Shown: positions 1 through 15,380, numbered from the stretch's first letter. The stretch: DNA of 64,000 nucleotides from Iphione sp. A-MEVVRFRX5 (GCA_976226885.1 OZ320313.1:156240001-156304000); one strand, 5' to 3'. Numbers and translations: made by a program. The notes: generated by a model not told the origin, from the letters alone.

Positions 1-3000
1 TGGTCCGATCGGGGCATTTTAAAACGCGATTAATTAGCGCTGAACATAATAGAAAATATTTTGGAAACAAATGGAGCTTGTGTTACAGCAACAGGCAAAG
101 CATTCGACTAAGAAAATGTATTAGTGACTTTTTAGCCAGAATTTCTATAATAGCAATGGATAGCGAACTAGAGACTCACCTCGCTTGAATGCGATTTATT
201 TTAATCACGCAGAATTTCACCAAAAACAACTCTTAACTAATGAAAATAGTTGTCCGTGTCTCTGTAATTTGGGTCAGGAACGTCTAAGAAACCGACCACA
301 TGTAAGGATGATATAAACCTTATGACGGGTTTTCCTTTGTAGTCATACAAATTGTAAAGTGCGGTGTGGCGGCCGTTTCGCCTACTCGTTCCTGTTTCCC
401 ATTAACCGAACCCTTCCCTGTCCAGGTAGGCGTGTGCGCATCATGCAGAGGGAGAGAGCACCCTCACGTTAAGATGTGACCGCCAGTTATGCCTCGTACT
501 ATTCATAATGTAGCGCTACCCCCTGCTGCTCTTGATGTCTGGCAGAGAGACAGACTCGTGTAGCTACTTACCTGGCCCCGCTCACTACTCCCATGAGTAG
601 CTCACGGGAGGGAAGAAGGGATGAGCCGCTCGCCCGTAGAGCTTAAGCCCGCCCCTTTACCCTTGCGGCAGCTACCACCGGCGTGGCCCGGTCCCGCCTT
701 TGGCGTCGGACGGGGGTACACGCCTGGCGAGTCGGCGACTATGTTTACTACCTGTTTACCTCCGCTTGGCGGGCTGCCTCTTGATGTAGGTAGGGAAAAT
801 GTGGCCGCGACCACGCTATTCATCACGGCGACCAGAAATGCTGGAGAGTCACGCACGCTGGCGGGTCAGACGTAAATAGTGCATATTAGCGTCATCATTT
901 TGTCATTCTCCATTATTCCTCCATCTTGCCATTCAGCAAATACGGAACACCTTTTTCATTACAAAAAAAGAGCAGACCAGATCGCACCAGGCAGATTACA
1001 TGCACTCAATCAGGCTGGCATCCGCTCGTCCTCAACAAAATGAAAATTTAGAACTCGATTTGAAGCCACGAACTTTCCCAGTGTCTCTTTAATAAGGGAT
1101 AGAGGGCATTTACGAGGGATTCCTTAAGGGAGCAATCAAGGGAAAAGGCCCGGGCAATCCTTTCTGATTGCATTACGAGCCGTTCCCAATTCCAGCGTAG
1201 AGACCTGTTTTAGTCGGTGCGGGAATCGGCCACAAAACATACTTGGGGAAAAGGCCCGACGGAATTGGTGGATAATACGTATTCCAAACGGTCTGTTATT
1301 GACTGGGAATAAATCAGCGGCCTTTGGCCGACCCCACGTGCTAGGAATGACGCTCTGGGTGGTGAGAATGGACCACCATGGAGGAACCCCCTGGAGGCTT
1401 GCTCCTGCCAGTGGGAGGTCCCTCCAGCGGATACCTCACGCCCCTCCGCCCTGGAGTTCACACTGTCCGGTTCGGTAGGGAGGTGGGGCCAAGACGCGTT
1501 CTGGGATGGGACGGCATTTGTAGCTATCAATTCCACGTAGAAAGAGATTGACCACTACATTCTCTAAGTGTGTTCAACCAATAATTTCTGTGGGAGGTAA
1601 TGGAATAAGGAATGAGCCCATTGCACCTTGTAATGTGTATAGACCTTCCATTATGATCTCTGTCTACGGTATAGTCCCGTTCGACGACAGTTAAATAAAT
1701 AACATGCATAATCAGTATAGAAACGAATTTGTGGCACTTATTGTTTAGTAGGATGATTTTCCGTGCCACAGTAAAAGTGTTTACAAAAACTGTAACAAAT
1801 GGCCCTAATCGTTGTGGGTGTATTTTAATTGGGTCTGACTGACTGACTAAAGGTTGTGTGCCCTAGTGTCCCACGGCTCATTTTCCACTCGTTAACAGTC
1901 ATGAATTGCTCCTAGCTTTCAAGTGGTGTTGGCTTTCCAATACGTGTTCCTCTGTAATCGTATCTTTTTCGTCCATTTTTTTCCTGGGGCTGGGGGTTTT
2001 AGGAACGTATTTTGTCCAATAAACGCTTGTTCTGCTGCCGAGGGTGGTGGGGGTGTTGTTACAGAACCACCGACTGTATAGATCATAAAGGACAGAAGGA
2101 GAGTCTGTACTTGAGCAGTAGCTTTTCTTACACATCCTGTTATTACCTTGACACCAACGGACCGTAAATTGAAACCGATGAAGCTAAACGGCCAGCATTC
2201 AATTCGCACTGATGAAGATTAGCCCGTGTTGTCTTATCCCGTCAAAAAGGCAGAGGACCAGCCATACCCCGCCCCTCCACCCCCCCCCCCCAAACCCGGA
2301 CCACTATCCAACACCATCCACTCCTGACGGGCTCGATCACTCTCCCACCTCGTCTCTAAAATAGCGGTCGCGCTCAATGAGGCCGTGCCAATTCATTTAC
2401 ACGTTCTGGACCTGGATATGCCCCCACGCAAGAAGATTATTTGATGCGCAATTAAGAATGGATCCGTGGGCGCCTTAGGCTACGACGTGGATGTTGCGGA
2501 GATTGTTTAGATGCAATCCAACGAGAAGAGATATAAAGACTCGTCTCGGTGGCGGCGGATTCTTTGTGTTCACATGCAGAGACTAATTATCTAATCCGCG
2601 CCAATCAACTAATGAATGCTCGCCGGTCGCTTCCGTCTTGGGAGGGTTGCCCCCATTGCTGGCAACCTCCCCTGGCGCCACACAGTGGCCAACGCCCCAT
2701 CCCCCGTGGTGGAGGGAGGTGGTAGTGATGGAGGTGGTGGAGGTGGTGGTGGCTACTCGAGTCGAACAGGCCCTACACGTGATTTTCTAGTCCATTAATG
2801 AAAGTACGCAACACGATCATCAGGAGATGGCAGCCACCTAACGATGATTAATCGCTGATAAGGAAAAGAGTTTCAAAACGACAGGTAGAAGGAATAAGAA
2901 CAGCGATCTGATACGACGTGAAGAGGTACAGACAGAAACGGAGATATACATGCATCTAGAAGCCCCGATACATAGAGCGAAAGACAAACATCCATGCACA

Positions 3001-6000
3001 GGTCCAGGTTGATGGGGCATCTCATGCATAATCCATTGATCACCAGAAGATTATCTTTCTTTGTCTTTGCAGAATTACATTAGACGAGGGATCATTGTTC
3101 AATGTCCTGATATAGATAATTCCCCATAGCAATGAACGTGTACACAATACCTTTAGGGAAGGAAATTACAAAGAAGCTTCCTGGCTGAAAGGCAGTAGCT
3201 ACTTGTTTAAGTCTTGTGGCGATTGTTTGTTTCTCTACATGATCGATGCCGCAAAGAGGGCCGCATGCTTATATGGAGGTAGTAAGGTTCCATGCTTAAG
3301 ACTGAAGACCGTAATCAATACTAGAGGCCTAATGATGTCCTTGATATGGGCTATCAGTCCTGATCACACGATATATGCGTAACTGTGGTCTAAACGTCGA
3401 CGCCGTTTCCTATGATATCCGAAGGCTCTTATCTATGTTTCTCTGATCTAACATCACTTGGTTGTTATTTTTATGCCTTATGGTACTCTGATACTAAAGT
3501 TAAACCGATCATTAAACTGCGCACATTGCAAGGGATTGAGGCGAAATAAGAAGTGTTGTGAAAAATAATTTTCATATACTCAAGCTTGCAGGGATGAATT
3601 ATTTTACATAGGCTCTAATTCAAATCCTATTTTAAGGAACCAAATCGATCACTGGATAAGATTGATAAATAATTATTACTTGTATTACAAAAGTCTTGTT
3701 GCTATCCTCTCTTATATGGCAATGCACTGTATAGATACACGTGAATCAGTAAACATGTACTTTTAGGTGCTGCTGGTGGTTATACACAGCGAGGAAATAA
3801 CTCCCATCCTTTCATATTCACTCAGTATTAGCTGTCAATATGAGTCCATCTCAGCAGCACGACGATCGATGGTGTAACGACTGAGGCTTGGCGAATACTT
3901 TCATTATCCAAACACCAATTTCTGCCGTCCATATTTTGTTAGCCGCCGTAGCGCTTGTTATAGTAGAGTAATGCGGTTAGGCCATACGAATAACAAGGAA
4001 AAAATATTTATTTTTGAGTCGTTTCCTCTTTTCTCCATTTGTAGCGCTGACGTTTCTAACTAAGGAGGGCTAGATTCTTCCTTGTTCTTCATTGCTGAGA
4101 AACAAAGCATACTATTTGACAAAAGTCATCGAGACATTTCAAGCGACATACATGTATATGTATGTCACTTTAAAGGTACATCAAAGGATGCACAACCGTT
4201 TCTACATCAAACATATTTATATGCTCCACTGCATGTTTGCTTCACTTGTATTTCATAGAAGTATCTTCCAGTGTCTTATCGTCAAGTCTAAACCCAGCAT
4301 CGTGGCGCAGCAGGGTTGGTACCCCTTGTACGTTATCCCGCAGATCTCCTCCCTACCGGGCGGGAGAATAAAATCACACCATTAAACGTGATTAAATCAC
4401 GATGTAATATAAGTTACGGAAAGGTACGATGATAACAACAATAAAATCAAAATAGGTACGCATTTTAAGCAGTATTGCTACCTTCCTTTTCTTAAAAAAG
4501 CACTAGTACCATGTCTACTGTAGAGTTAAAAAAAAGCCCTTCGATTTATATTGTTGTTCCATTCTATTATATGCATATATAAATGGCATACATATATACT
4601 TCCAGCAGCCACCCCGCCGGTACGCCCACACACAGAGTATTACCTCCCATCGTTCTATCCCTCCATGTCACACACAACCCCATACAAACACGCACTTGCA
4701 AGAGGAAGGCTTCTTGGCTGACATGTGAGACGCACAGCATAGGTTCAAATGCATACAGGTGCTAAGAGTGCATCTTGTGATTGGAATCAGCAGAGAGTAA
4801 TCAGAGGTGAAAGAATAACATACTGTGCCAACCACGACACACATGGTAGTACTATGGATGGTTCTCATTGTAAATGTTAAGCTATAAAGAATCACATTGA
4901 TTGCACCTGTTTCATTTTTGTCTGTCCCCGGGCAGGTTATGTCCGAAGCTAGTTTACGAATGCTAACCACTTCATGGTTTATACCTGTACACCTTTCAAT
5001 CAGTTTGGCACTACATATTGTGATTATATACATGTAAACCGGATAGTTCAGAAACATTGCGCGGAAAAGAGTTTCTTGCATTAGAACTGTAGCTGTGAAA
5101 CTATTTCATTCTTAGTATACCAAGCTGCTACACCTGACAAATACTGCACATGAGCCACACCCCCAGCCAACGGCTTACAGCTGCACCACCCATGAGCCAA
5201 CACGGTGTAGCCCAGAAGGCTTAAACTAATAATCCTACAGAACCTCTTCATTATAATCCCCTGTTGCTGCTATGTTTACATTGCTGTCTCTGTGTACCCG
5301 TTAGGGGGGTGGGCGTCAGGTCTTGCTGTTGGTATTTCATTTACAGATGGGATAGGCAGAGGTAAAAAAAAATTAAGAATTGCCTCATACAGATATCTCA
5401 AGCAACATCAGTTCGACTCACGTACACTCAGCTGAGCCGAGAGCCATTTGCCTGTGCCCTTCTGATAAGCGATGAAAAGACACACGGAATATATAAGATA
5501 CCTAGGACACCATATCTTTGACTTTTCCTCGGAGAGGCATCTCCTTGTCGTGTTCTCAGAGGCCTGTGCGTGACACCAAGGTGTCGATTGTTAGCGCCTT
5601 TCTAGAAGTCCCGTAGTGATCGCTCTCGCATGGAAAACCATACGTAGGTAGTTGCCGAGGCGAGGGTTTTGTGCATGAATATCAGTTATATTTGTGTGTC
5701 TGTATCGGCGCATTTATTTTGCTCTCTCTGTATACGTCTAGGCCACGTTGAGATCTCCTGTTGGAAAACATCCCTAGTATCTTTCTTTCATAAGCAGCGC
5801 TCAATATGTTTTCATATACAATACATATGAGTTCTTACAGGTGCACGTGGGTTAAGTGCATACCAAACTGGCTACAGGTTTTATTTTCATTCTTTTCCGC
5901 AAATTTTCTTCCATGCCGTTTGTTTCGTTATGTCCGTCATTACCACGAAAGTAGGTCCGAGGTACACCGGTCGCTGCTGTTATCTCACCAAATTAGGTTA

Positions 6001-9000
6001 CAATATGTCCAGCGTTTCCATCGGGCTTGCCATTCATCAAGGTCTCCTTGTGGTAGCCGTGGAAGTACTGTACATATGACGGCGGCATTTCTGACAAGTA
6101 CATCACCATACGGCCCCCAGTCAACATCTTAGTCTACCGCTTTATCTACATTCGCCTCGGCCCCGAACGCCTTGTCTTATCGGCTGGGCTTTAGCATGGG
6201 GGATCATTGGCCAGCTATGCGCACTTGTCCTGATCTTGTCAGATTATGACGAGCAGCCCAGAACCAGCCGCGCTTCCCCATCACCTCTGCCACGCATGCT
6301 AGGGCGCAGATACTGACGGTCAAGTTTCATTGCTTGACGTCTGTTAGCACGTACCGTTCGGCAGTGGACATGGTGCCCTTGCATGTGTGAGCTACCTGGA
6401 CATGTGTAAGGTGATAAAGGCAATGACAAGAGGCATTTAGACACACAAGGCTAGGGTAGACGTCTAACGAGCCAGCTGTCTGCCCGTAAACCTGTTCCGT
6501 GTGAGTTTTCTTTTACCGACATGGGTGGCGGTTTCGCCGCTATCAACGAGACATCGGGATATGCTATGCTCCTATATAGATGTAGATAGGTAGGGGCTGC
6601 TTGATCAGGAGGAAGCTTCCATTTACATGTACTTCATTTGGATCAATCTTATATACTTCGAATTCCTTTGCCTCTCAGTTCATTGCTTTGTAATAAAACG
6701 TGATAGTCTTTGCATACATTTATTTCTCTACGCCATGGAACGGATAACTCCGAGATATTATATAGGCAATCGTCTTTTTATCAAGCAATAAACGGGAAAA
6801 CCAAAATACGTTACGACTTAGAAAGACTGTACTTCCATTTTCCATGATGGTGTTTTCACGTGTACCTTCTTGTCATAGATCTATAATGGTGTTCCGTAAA
6901 TATAGTAGTTTAAAGAATACCCCCAAAGAATTTAGGCCACATTAAATTAGAACCATGAAAGTTAAAGCACTAACCGAGGAAAAGGGGCAGAAATGGTATC
7001 TCTGCGGCTACGGAGGCACTCAATTAATAGCACTTCTCTCCTGCTACAAGCGATGAGGAGGAACTGTCAGAAGTTCATTTCGAACAATAATAAGTACATT
7101 GCATTATTATAAAAATATAACCAATAGCTTCTCTTTGAGAAAGAAGAGAAAAAAGAGAGGGACTGGTCCTGGAAAAGGACAGGGTGGAAGAAGAAAAAGT
7201 GTTCTCATTTAAAGCGCCTTGATAGGGTCTGGTAAATTAACTGACAATCAGACAGTCGTCAAGTACACTGCTTCCTCGAACGCTTTAAAATTACAGCCAG
7301 CTGCCTACAGCCATTTCATTAATTAATAAACCGAGCTGTGCCTGTAGGTGGATCGTACATTATCCCACTGCATCCGATGGTTTCAATACTACAGGTATAT
7401 ATAAATTCAATATACGGTAAATCAACATACCCCAAATTGTGTACTCAGAACGTTTATATGCTGGTAAAAATCTCAACCAAACTATTACTCAGCCTTTATC
7501 TTAGTGTATCCCTGTTCGTCCTATGCAAAAAATAATGACAATATTTAGGTCTGTATTTCCAAATATCTTATCATTCTACGTGACCCGACACAATCGGAAT
7601 CGTAGCTAGAATGATACGGTACCAAAAGCGTGGCTCTGGAGCCATCTTCTGGCAGTCCCTGCTATCTACCTTCTCTTTTTCCTACCGTCCACCAACCCTA
7701 TGAATTTGAATGCGGTGGTTGATTGGGTGCCCAGCTGGTTGCCAGCCAATCTTGGGGATGAGGTCTGGGTTCAGACGCCGCAGGACTACTGCAGGGAATG
7801 GCAACGCGGCCCTTTGATCACAGCTTGCATCAGGTTCAAGCGTCGCTAATATCTTATTGCCTTCTGCGGTACACTATATTAGCACTTTCTTTAGCCATTG
7901 TTATCAAGCTTTGCTTTTCTAGCAGTCGGAGGATATTACTAAGACTTGATCTGGCTGCGTTTGCAAATATATGATAAAGTATGAACGTATGCAATACCAA
8001 TAGAACTATGTTTGAATTAGAATTTGTTTTATTCACTTCTCGGAGTACAATGATACCATTAAGATCTGGAGATCTTCAAGTGAATAGAAGCATATGTGAT
8101 GTGGAGGATCTTATATACAGTCGGCGCAAAGAAGACGTTGCTAACGGATCATTGCAAGTAACATACTTAATGCACAAATAATAACATGCAAATTCAGACA
8201 CACGACATGTTCTTGATGTAATAAAATTCATTTGCATGGCGGAAATACATTGGTGAGTATCTTTACCTCACATCACATAACGGTCTATGCCATTGCCAAA
8301 TTAAATGGTTATATCTGGGTGGATTTTCCTAATCAGCCCAGTCTGAAAGTACAGACTGGTTGTACACATTCTGCATTTGTACATGTGTGTTATTTATTTG
8401 CTTGCTCACTACAGTAATATTGTTTCACGAATACCCGACTTGATATCTGTACTTTTGTTTTCTGCACGATGGCTCTAAGTGTGCCATTTGACTCAAGTTT
8501 TGTTCAGTTGTTACACCGTTTCCATACCATTATAGAGGCCTGTCACGTTGCATGTGCATGTGCATGAGACGTGTTTTAGAGTGAAAGCCTTTTTGTGTTG
8601 CTGATGAAGTGCCTTTATCCCGTTTTTATGAAGCCACGCATTTTCAAAGTGAAAAACGGAACCAGACCGCGTGTGGTACGTCTGATGAACACCAGACGAG
8701 AATTCTTTGGTAATGGAGGGCCCTTTTCATCTGGTAGAATTAGACTGCGTTCTTCCCTCGGTGTCCTATTCGTTACATTGGATCTAAGAACGCATGAACA
8801 CACATATTTGTAGTCCTCACAAGTTATTCTGGTTTAGTTATGTTCGGTATATTCTACAGAAGTCGGTCTGTCTTTCTCCACTTCTGTGGAAGTATAAAAC
8901 TACATTACATACGCAGCTTACGTAGAATGGATCGTCGCTGTGTAGTCAGACCAATTCTAACGCCAGTTTGGGATGTGCAAAGTAGACTCATTGCTCCTTT

Positions 9001-10687
9001 CTACATATGACCTCGTCTAAAATGTTTTCTGTTTGCGTATTTGTGGTTTTTATGATTTTTTTTTCAAAACATGCATCCTGATCACCTCCTTGAAACCAAA
9101 TGAACACTTATTGGTAGTGGTTGGCTGTGTTGCTAATGGCTTATTATATGTCTTCTGTATTTATGGCATAATTTGTTACCGCTACTCGTACAACTCAAAT
9201 CTATAAAAATAAGTTATATAGCTAAAACAAATAAAGTGGTATAATTTGTTATGGGGAATAGGATATTGTTACTTTTCCTCCAATTTAAGATAGTCACCCT
9301 GGTAGTAACCCCAAGTAAGTTAAATCAAATAACATTTATCTGTCAAAGTTCAAAGTCAAATTAAAGCGAAAAGCCTCCAAAATTCTAAAAGAAATCAATC
9401 ATGCCACAGTAACATCCATCTCTATACACGTTTGGCTTACTGAATTCTGGATATGTTAATTTGAGAAAGCTTGTCTTGAAGATTACTGTGACCTAGCGTT
9501 ACACGATGTAGGTTAAAATTCATGAGCTAATGAGATACTGACACCTTTCATCAGAGTTATCAATACTATTTATATAACACGTGTAAATATCTATTCAATT
9601 CAATTCAATTTCCAATAATCAATTCAAATACGTACGCAATGTGAGTATCCATATATATGTCCAATTTCTGTTTTTTTCATACAATGAATTTAAATACCGT
9701 GTAGCTTACCCTCGAATCCATACCCTAGATCTTCCACATGACATTGGCCTGTCTAACTTGGATATATGATATCAGGTTATTGGTTATCGTTTTTGTATTA
9801 CGGTCACTGTTTAAGGCAATTTAACATTGTACTATCACTGGTTTACATGTCGGAAACATTTTAACAGAAATGGAAATATACATACAAGAAGCAATATAAA
9901 GCAATATATACACATACTCATTCCCTTTGGGTTTATTTGGTTTTAATGCTTGTGTCTGTATTCAAAAACACAGCATGTACCACCTAATCAAATTAGAATT
10001 GTTTGGTTAACTACTTGGGGATCAGCTTGATCATCCGCTACTGGGTCCTATGTTTAGAAGCCGTCGCGCATTCCAACGCGGATACATGCGAATGGCCTTC
10101 CTGCAGGTTTTGTTTGGTCACGTGCTTCGAATCAGCAGTGCTCTAGCCTCTAGGGGGCGGGCCTATCAGCTACACCTGTAGGTCGGGGCGGGCCGTACCT
10201 GACGACTTGTCAGAGGCTGACAGCGCGTCCCTCAGTAAACGCGGCCTTCCGGTCACGCCTACCGCCAACGGCTCCAGCTCACACCTCAAAGGGGGAAGGG
10301 GGAGGGGGGCGATGGCTTGTTGGACAGGAACAAAAAAAATTAATTCTGTGATTCTTCATAGCACTGACACGAACTTCTATCCACGGGGACACTTTCAAAG
10401 TATGCAGAACTTTTCTGTGCACAGAAAACCCTTTAAATATTAGACAGCACTCCCGAACAAGAGAATCTGCATTGGTTTTAACGTAATGCACTTGTTTTAA
10501 CTAAACCCAGCCTGTTGATCCTGGCTCAGATCTCTCGGGGTATTTACCGCGAGGCATGACATCAAAGAGGCCTGGTTGTTAACCTCTACCCCAATAATTC
10601 ATGTTGGATGTTTTCCGGAAACACCGGTCTAACAACCGATCACCATCTAACCTTCACCCTGTCAGAGGTGGATAGCACACACTACAA

Positions 10688-10697
10688 ACACACACAC

Positions 10698-10735
<38 letters not shown>

Positions 10736-10753
10736 TCTCTTTCTCTCTCTCTC
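10688..10753. repeat. (CA)n + (CT)n microsatellite
   Basis: Direct reading. Confidence 0.95.
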
Positions 10754-11207
10754 GCTAAAAGGGTACGTTTGAACAAAAAATATTAAAAGTAGATATGCTA
10801 CGCACGCGTCCTCAGCAGTGATATTTCCTGCCAGTCTGGTTCATCTTTGCGAGATACCATATAATAGATAAAAACGTTGCACAAAACTGCTTTCTATTTA
10901 TTCTCTATAAGTTTTTTCTCTATGTGTCAGAGATTCTCCGTTTGTAATAAATACGTATTTTTCGCACCTTATCATGGTCTTCCGTATGTCTCTGAGAACG
11001 CGGAACATTGTTTACAGCCAGATGACACTGGCATACCTGTACATATACAGAAAGACAACCTCGACAAAGGCCTGCGTGCAATGTGTATGCGTGAGCCTGT
11101 GTGTAGAGGAATTCGTACCTCCACCGTGCGTGCGCTTCACACACAGCGGGCGCATGTTTACAAAGCCTTCATCCACCTTTGCTCAAACGTCGGTAGTGGT
11201 GTCCCTG

Positions 11208-11257
11208 GAAGCCACCCGGCAATGCCTTGAAGCCACCGAGAAATGCCTTGAAGCCAC
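11208..11257 (+). repeat. 21-bp tandem repeat (~2.4 copies)
   Basis: gaagccacccggcaatgcctt gaagccaccgagaaatgcctt gaagccac. Confidence 0.85.
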
Positions 11258-14200
11258 ATCGCGAAGTCACCCCCTCAGGGGTCAGTTAGGCTTTGTTTAC
11301 ACGCCTACCCGACGGGTAGGTTTTCCCCTGCCGACGTCCCCTGCTGACCACCCTGGTAGAAGAATGAGCCTGGGGAATCAGCGCCTGAAACCAGTTCCCT
11401 TAACTCCCACGTGCCAGCGAAACTCCCCGCTGAGTATGCCACTGATGAGGTATATCCAAACACCTCTCGGTGGCTCCCAAGGAGAAATAAACTCAATCAG
11501 GTATGTTTGTTTGAGTCCCAAAGTGGCCTTGGTAAGGTGCACCTCGCCACAGGCTCTAAAGCCTGACCGGCGATGGAAAGATGTTGACGATCAGGAGATG
11601 GGCAAGACCTGGGGTCATCTATGGTGGTGGTCCAGAGGGAAACCTGCCAAAGATGGTAGATTATATACACAAAGTGTTGGCCACCTCCTGGTTCACCGGC
11701 ATATATCACATGAATGGCATAGAACCATGTATCATACGGGTCGACATCTATTTCCGTTAAGTCTACGCTTCTTGAGAAACATGTTATTGCAACTGATGCA
11801 ACGGTATGATACAATGTGGCAACTATGGTGCCCACCACCTTGAAATGATAAAAAAAACTTTCTTTTTCCCCCGGCTGTTGCTTCTACCTGACCACACACA
11901 CAGAATAGAAGAGTTTTTTTAATATCTAATGTGAAAGTGTGACATTGATCTGGTTAGTTTTTAATCTGTAATCTTTCCTCTATCAATTAAATGGAATTGG
12001 TCTGACGTGAGATACACTAAGATACACAAATTATACAGTACTTGATAGTATCTAGCATGACTCGGGAGAAAGCTCAATGACTGCACCCGGAACTGTACCT
12101 TATCTTACAGCGTAGCATAATTGCCATCAGTTATAGTTTATGTGCCTGTTTTTCCCTATCCCACCCTTGACGGTAAGAATTAATATGACTTTATGTGAGA
12201 ACGTGTCCGTATCGTGGAGTCGTGTTACCACGGCCTCTTTCATTTGCATGCCCCTTGGTATGGCGGGGAGGGGGTGGATGGTAAAGGAGCACGGGAAAGA
12301 CCGCGGTGCCTGAGTAGTCAGGGGTAACTGGCGCCCGTCCCCGACGGCGCCACGAGTGCTAACGCCGGCACGCTGAATGTCAGGCGGATTATCCTCCTCC
12401 GTGACATTTATCATAGTCGAGACATAAACCTCTTATCCCGCCTTCTTGGCCGACTTGTGCGGATAATCATGATCTATACGCCGGTCGCCGTCAAATGCCA
12501 GTTGGCATGGCCGCGACCGATGGCTCGTCGGGGTCCGCCCCGCGCTCGCGCTAGCGTTGAGCGACCCTGTGATAACGGTCGCACTGGGCAATCAACCTTC
12601 CTCATTATTAGAGGCTACTTCTGCGCTCTTAGTTGGGGATGGGTGTACAAGAAAAAGACAAAGGAGAAAGGGGACGGAGACTAAGTGACGGGAGAAAGGT
12701 GAGGAAACCCAAAGGACAGGGATTTGGGCAAGTGGAATCCATATATCTGAGGTCTCAAGAAGGGACCCTGTCAGTTATTTGTATTTTTTTTCATAGGATA
12801 TCAACGTTAGACATCGAGGAAGAAGTAATTGGATCAATAATTCACACACACTGCATTAAGGGATTTATCACCTCATGTCAAATAACACAGAAGCAGAACC
12901 ATCCGTCAAGGACCTGCTCTTGCTTTCATCTGCGGTAATCACCAGTGTCTTCAGCAGCAAATGCCTGTGCACCTTCATCAATATACATTTTACATAGAAC
13001 ACTGGGCTATTCGCAATGGCAGTAATGTTTTGATTGTGGTGTAAAAGTCAAGTGGGATATACACAAAATCCGAACCTTTTTGTTGACTTGTAACATTCAG
13101 AGCGTCATGTTCACAATGGCATTTTTTAGAATAAATGATATTATGCAGTTGCTTAAATGGGTTTGTATTATTATTAGGTTTCGTTCTGAACCATTGCTGG
13201 CAGTTTCCCTATATTGTATTTTCATCTTTCAAGTCGCTGACTCAAGCCTTGTCTAACTGCCTGTTATAAGTAACGTTTTATTCCTTGTCTTATTCTTTAA
13301 AAAGGAACATTGGCACATTATCCATTTACATGTCGTAACCACAAAGGTGGTATCGACATGGAGGGTTTCGTACAGAAGATAACCGTAATAAAACTCTGAG
13401 TGGAACCGTTACCAACGATTAACTCTTGTACAATTGTAGAAAAATGATACAATCGGAACAAACAAATGAAAGACTATTTCCTATGTATAAACCGGAAAAG
13501 GTTGGACCATATTTCGTGCTTGCCTCCCAAGGATCTTACAATATGGCAAGTTCTGAGGTGGCCAGCCTCCTACCAGGGGGTGGAATAACCTTTGAGGCTG
13601 TGATGGACATACGCCTGGTTCTGATCATGGGGACCTACGTGGATGATGCAGGTGGCACGCTGCTCAACACGTTAAGAGATGGGAGGCAGCTCTTGTTACC
13701 TATTTCTGGTGGTAAATATTCGTTGTGTAGGAACACAGGAGGGTGCCAGTACGGTGTATGGATTGACGGGCAATTGGCGCGGCGGTCATGTGCCAGCTAT
13801 GTGATGCCAACACACGCAATATGCCTGTTTCTTGTTAAGGTAATCCCTTATATCTCTGAACATATGTTTAAGGCATTGACTAACCACAGCCTCTTTCAGT
13901 TTGTCATCTGAGATATTTACATGAACTCAACATGATTTCGAAGGATTCCGCTGGAATCAGTCCCGTTTTCTTACAGATAATATGAACGTTCAACTCGTTT
14001 GATGAAGACTATCATGGGTATCAATTGCCATTGCATACCACAGCTTAGTGTCATCAGGTATATGCAAATCAAAGTTTGTTAAGAGGAGGAATGAAAGACA
14101 GGCACGTTTAAGGCTTCCCGCATGTTAGAAGTCAAATATATCACAGTGTGCCCTGGAGGCAATTTACTTAAGAGGTTCTTTCTTAAAAAGAACAGTGCCC

Positions 14201-15232
14201 CTGTCAGATCTTTCCGTCAGGAGCTGGGGCGAATGCCCTCATGCATGAAGTATTGGAACAAACGACAAAGAGGGGTTAATCATAGAACCTTGCGTTGGGT
14301 GTTTGTATGACGCACGGCAGGACGCTTCATAAGGCAAGGGTTCGTCGCACCCTCCTAGATAGGATAGTCTTTCAACAGCCCCCCTTCCCGTTGCATTAAT
14401 TATTCAGTAGTCCTTTGTCCACCAAGAGGGACCAATGGAAGGATCGGCGTTGAGACCAAAAACGGAGGAAAGAAGGAAAAGAATGATGGAGAAACGAGAA
14501 TAAAGAAAAGGGGGGAAGGACGAGAGAAGACTATGGTTGAGAAGGAAGCTGCAAAATTAGAATGAAAGCAGAATAAAGAAACAAGACACTGGAGCAGGTC
14601 ATGAAAACTACCTTAAACTGTGGAAGATCGCCCGGAATCGAAACAAAGTGAAGAGCAGGGAAAAGAGGACATTACTGACAAACACCTTATTCATTCCGGT
14701 TTGCCATCAATACGAATACATATGCATTTTTGTTGTTGCTTACTCATGGGAAAATAACCTACTTTGTGAGTCTGTTGGTGTTGTTCACTAGGCCATTCCC
14801 GTTTTAACTCCTGTTTTAAATATAGGCGCTCGATGTGGAAGAAACTACCGGTATTATTTACACCTTACAGCAGAGCAACTTACGTGACGCCGAAATAATC
14901 ACAAAAGCCAAATAATGTTTTAAGAGTAAACAGGAATCTTCCTGTGTGTACGCACTGCTCACTTTTTCCTTTTCATCGCCAGGGTAAACACTGCATAATC
15001 CGCCCATGGCTTGCGTGGAACACGGATATTGACACAAAAACAATCGCTGCGATTGCATTTCATCATGTGAATACTGTCAATATTAATGAACTCCTGTCAT
15101 CGACTTACTGAACTGTTGTCCGAACTCTGAATCTTCTCCTCGCATGCTACATCCCCAATACTCCATCTTCTTCGCCTGTCCTTTTACTAATACTTTATTC
15201 AAGTTTGATCTTGCCTCAGCCAAAACGGCTCG

Positions 15233-15380
15233 NNNNNNNNNNNNNNNNNNNNNNNNNNNNNNNNNNNNNNNNNNNNNNNNNNNNNNNNNNNNNNNNNNNN
15301 NNNNNNNNNNNNNNNNNNNNNNNNNNNNNNNNNNNNNNNNNNNNNNNNNNNNNNNNNNNNNNNNNNNNNNNNNNNNNNNN
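15233..15380. other. Assembly gap (148 N)
   Basis: Run of n characters. Confidence 1.

Noticed and set aside
5004-5025. tttggcacta matches the miR-96 5' end; other conserved miRNA seeds (miR-9, 124, 184, 92) were also scanned
   Set aside because: Match stops after ~10 nt and no hairpin; no conserved miRNA found
7690-7790. Minus-strand WLATSWAPNQP and GWWT, tested as lectin exon 2
   Set aside because: Interrupted by a stop, wrong phase relative to acceptor-like sites, no CTLD cysteines
13426-13911. 161-aa ORF, and an antisense RVEQRATCII similar to a LINE RT tail motif
   Set aside because: No further motif support in either frame
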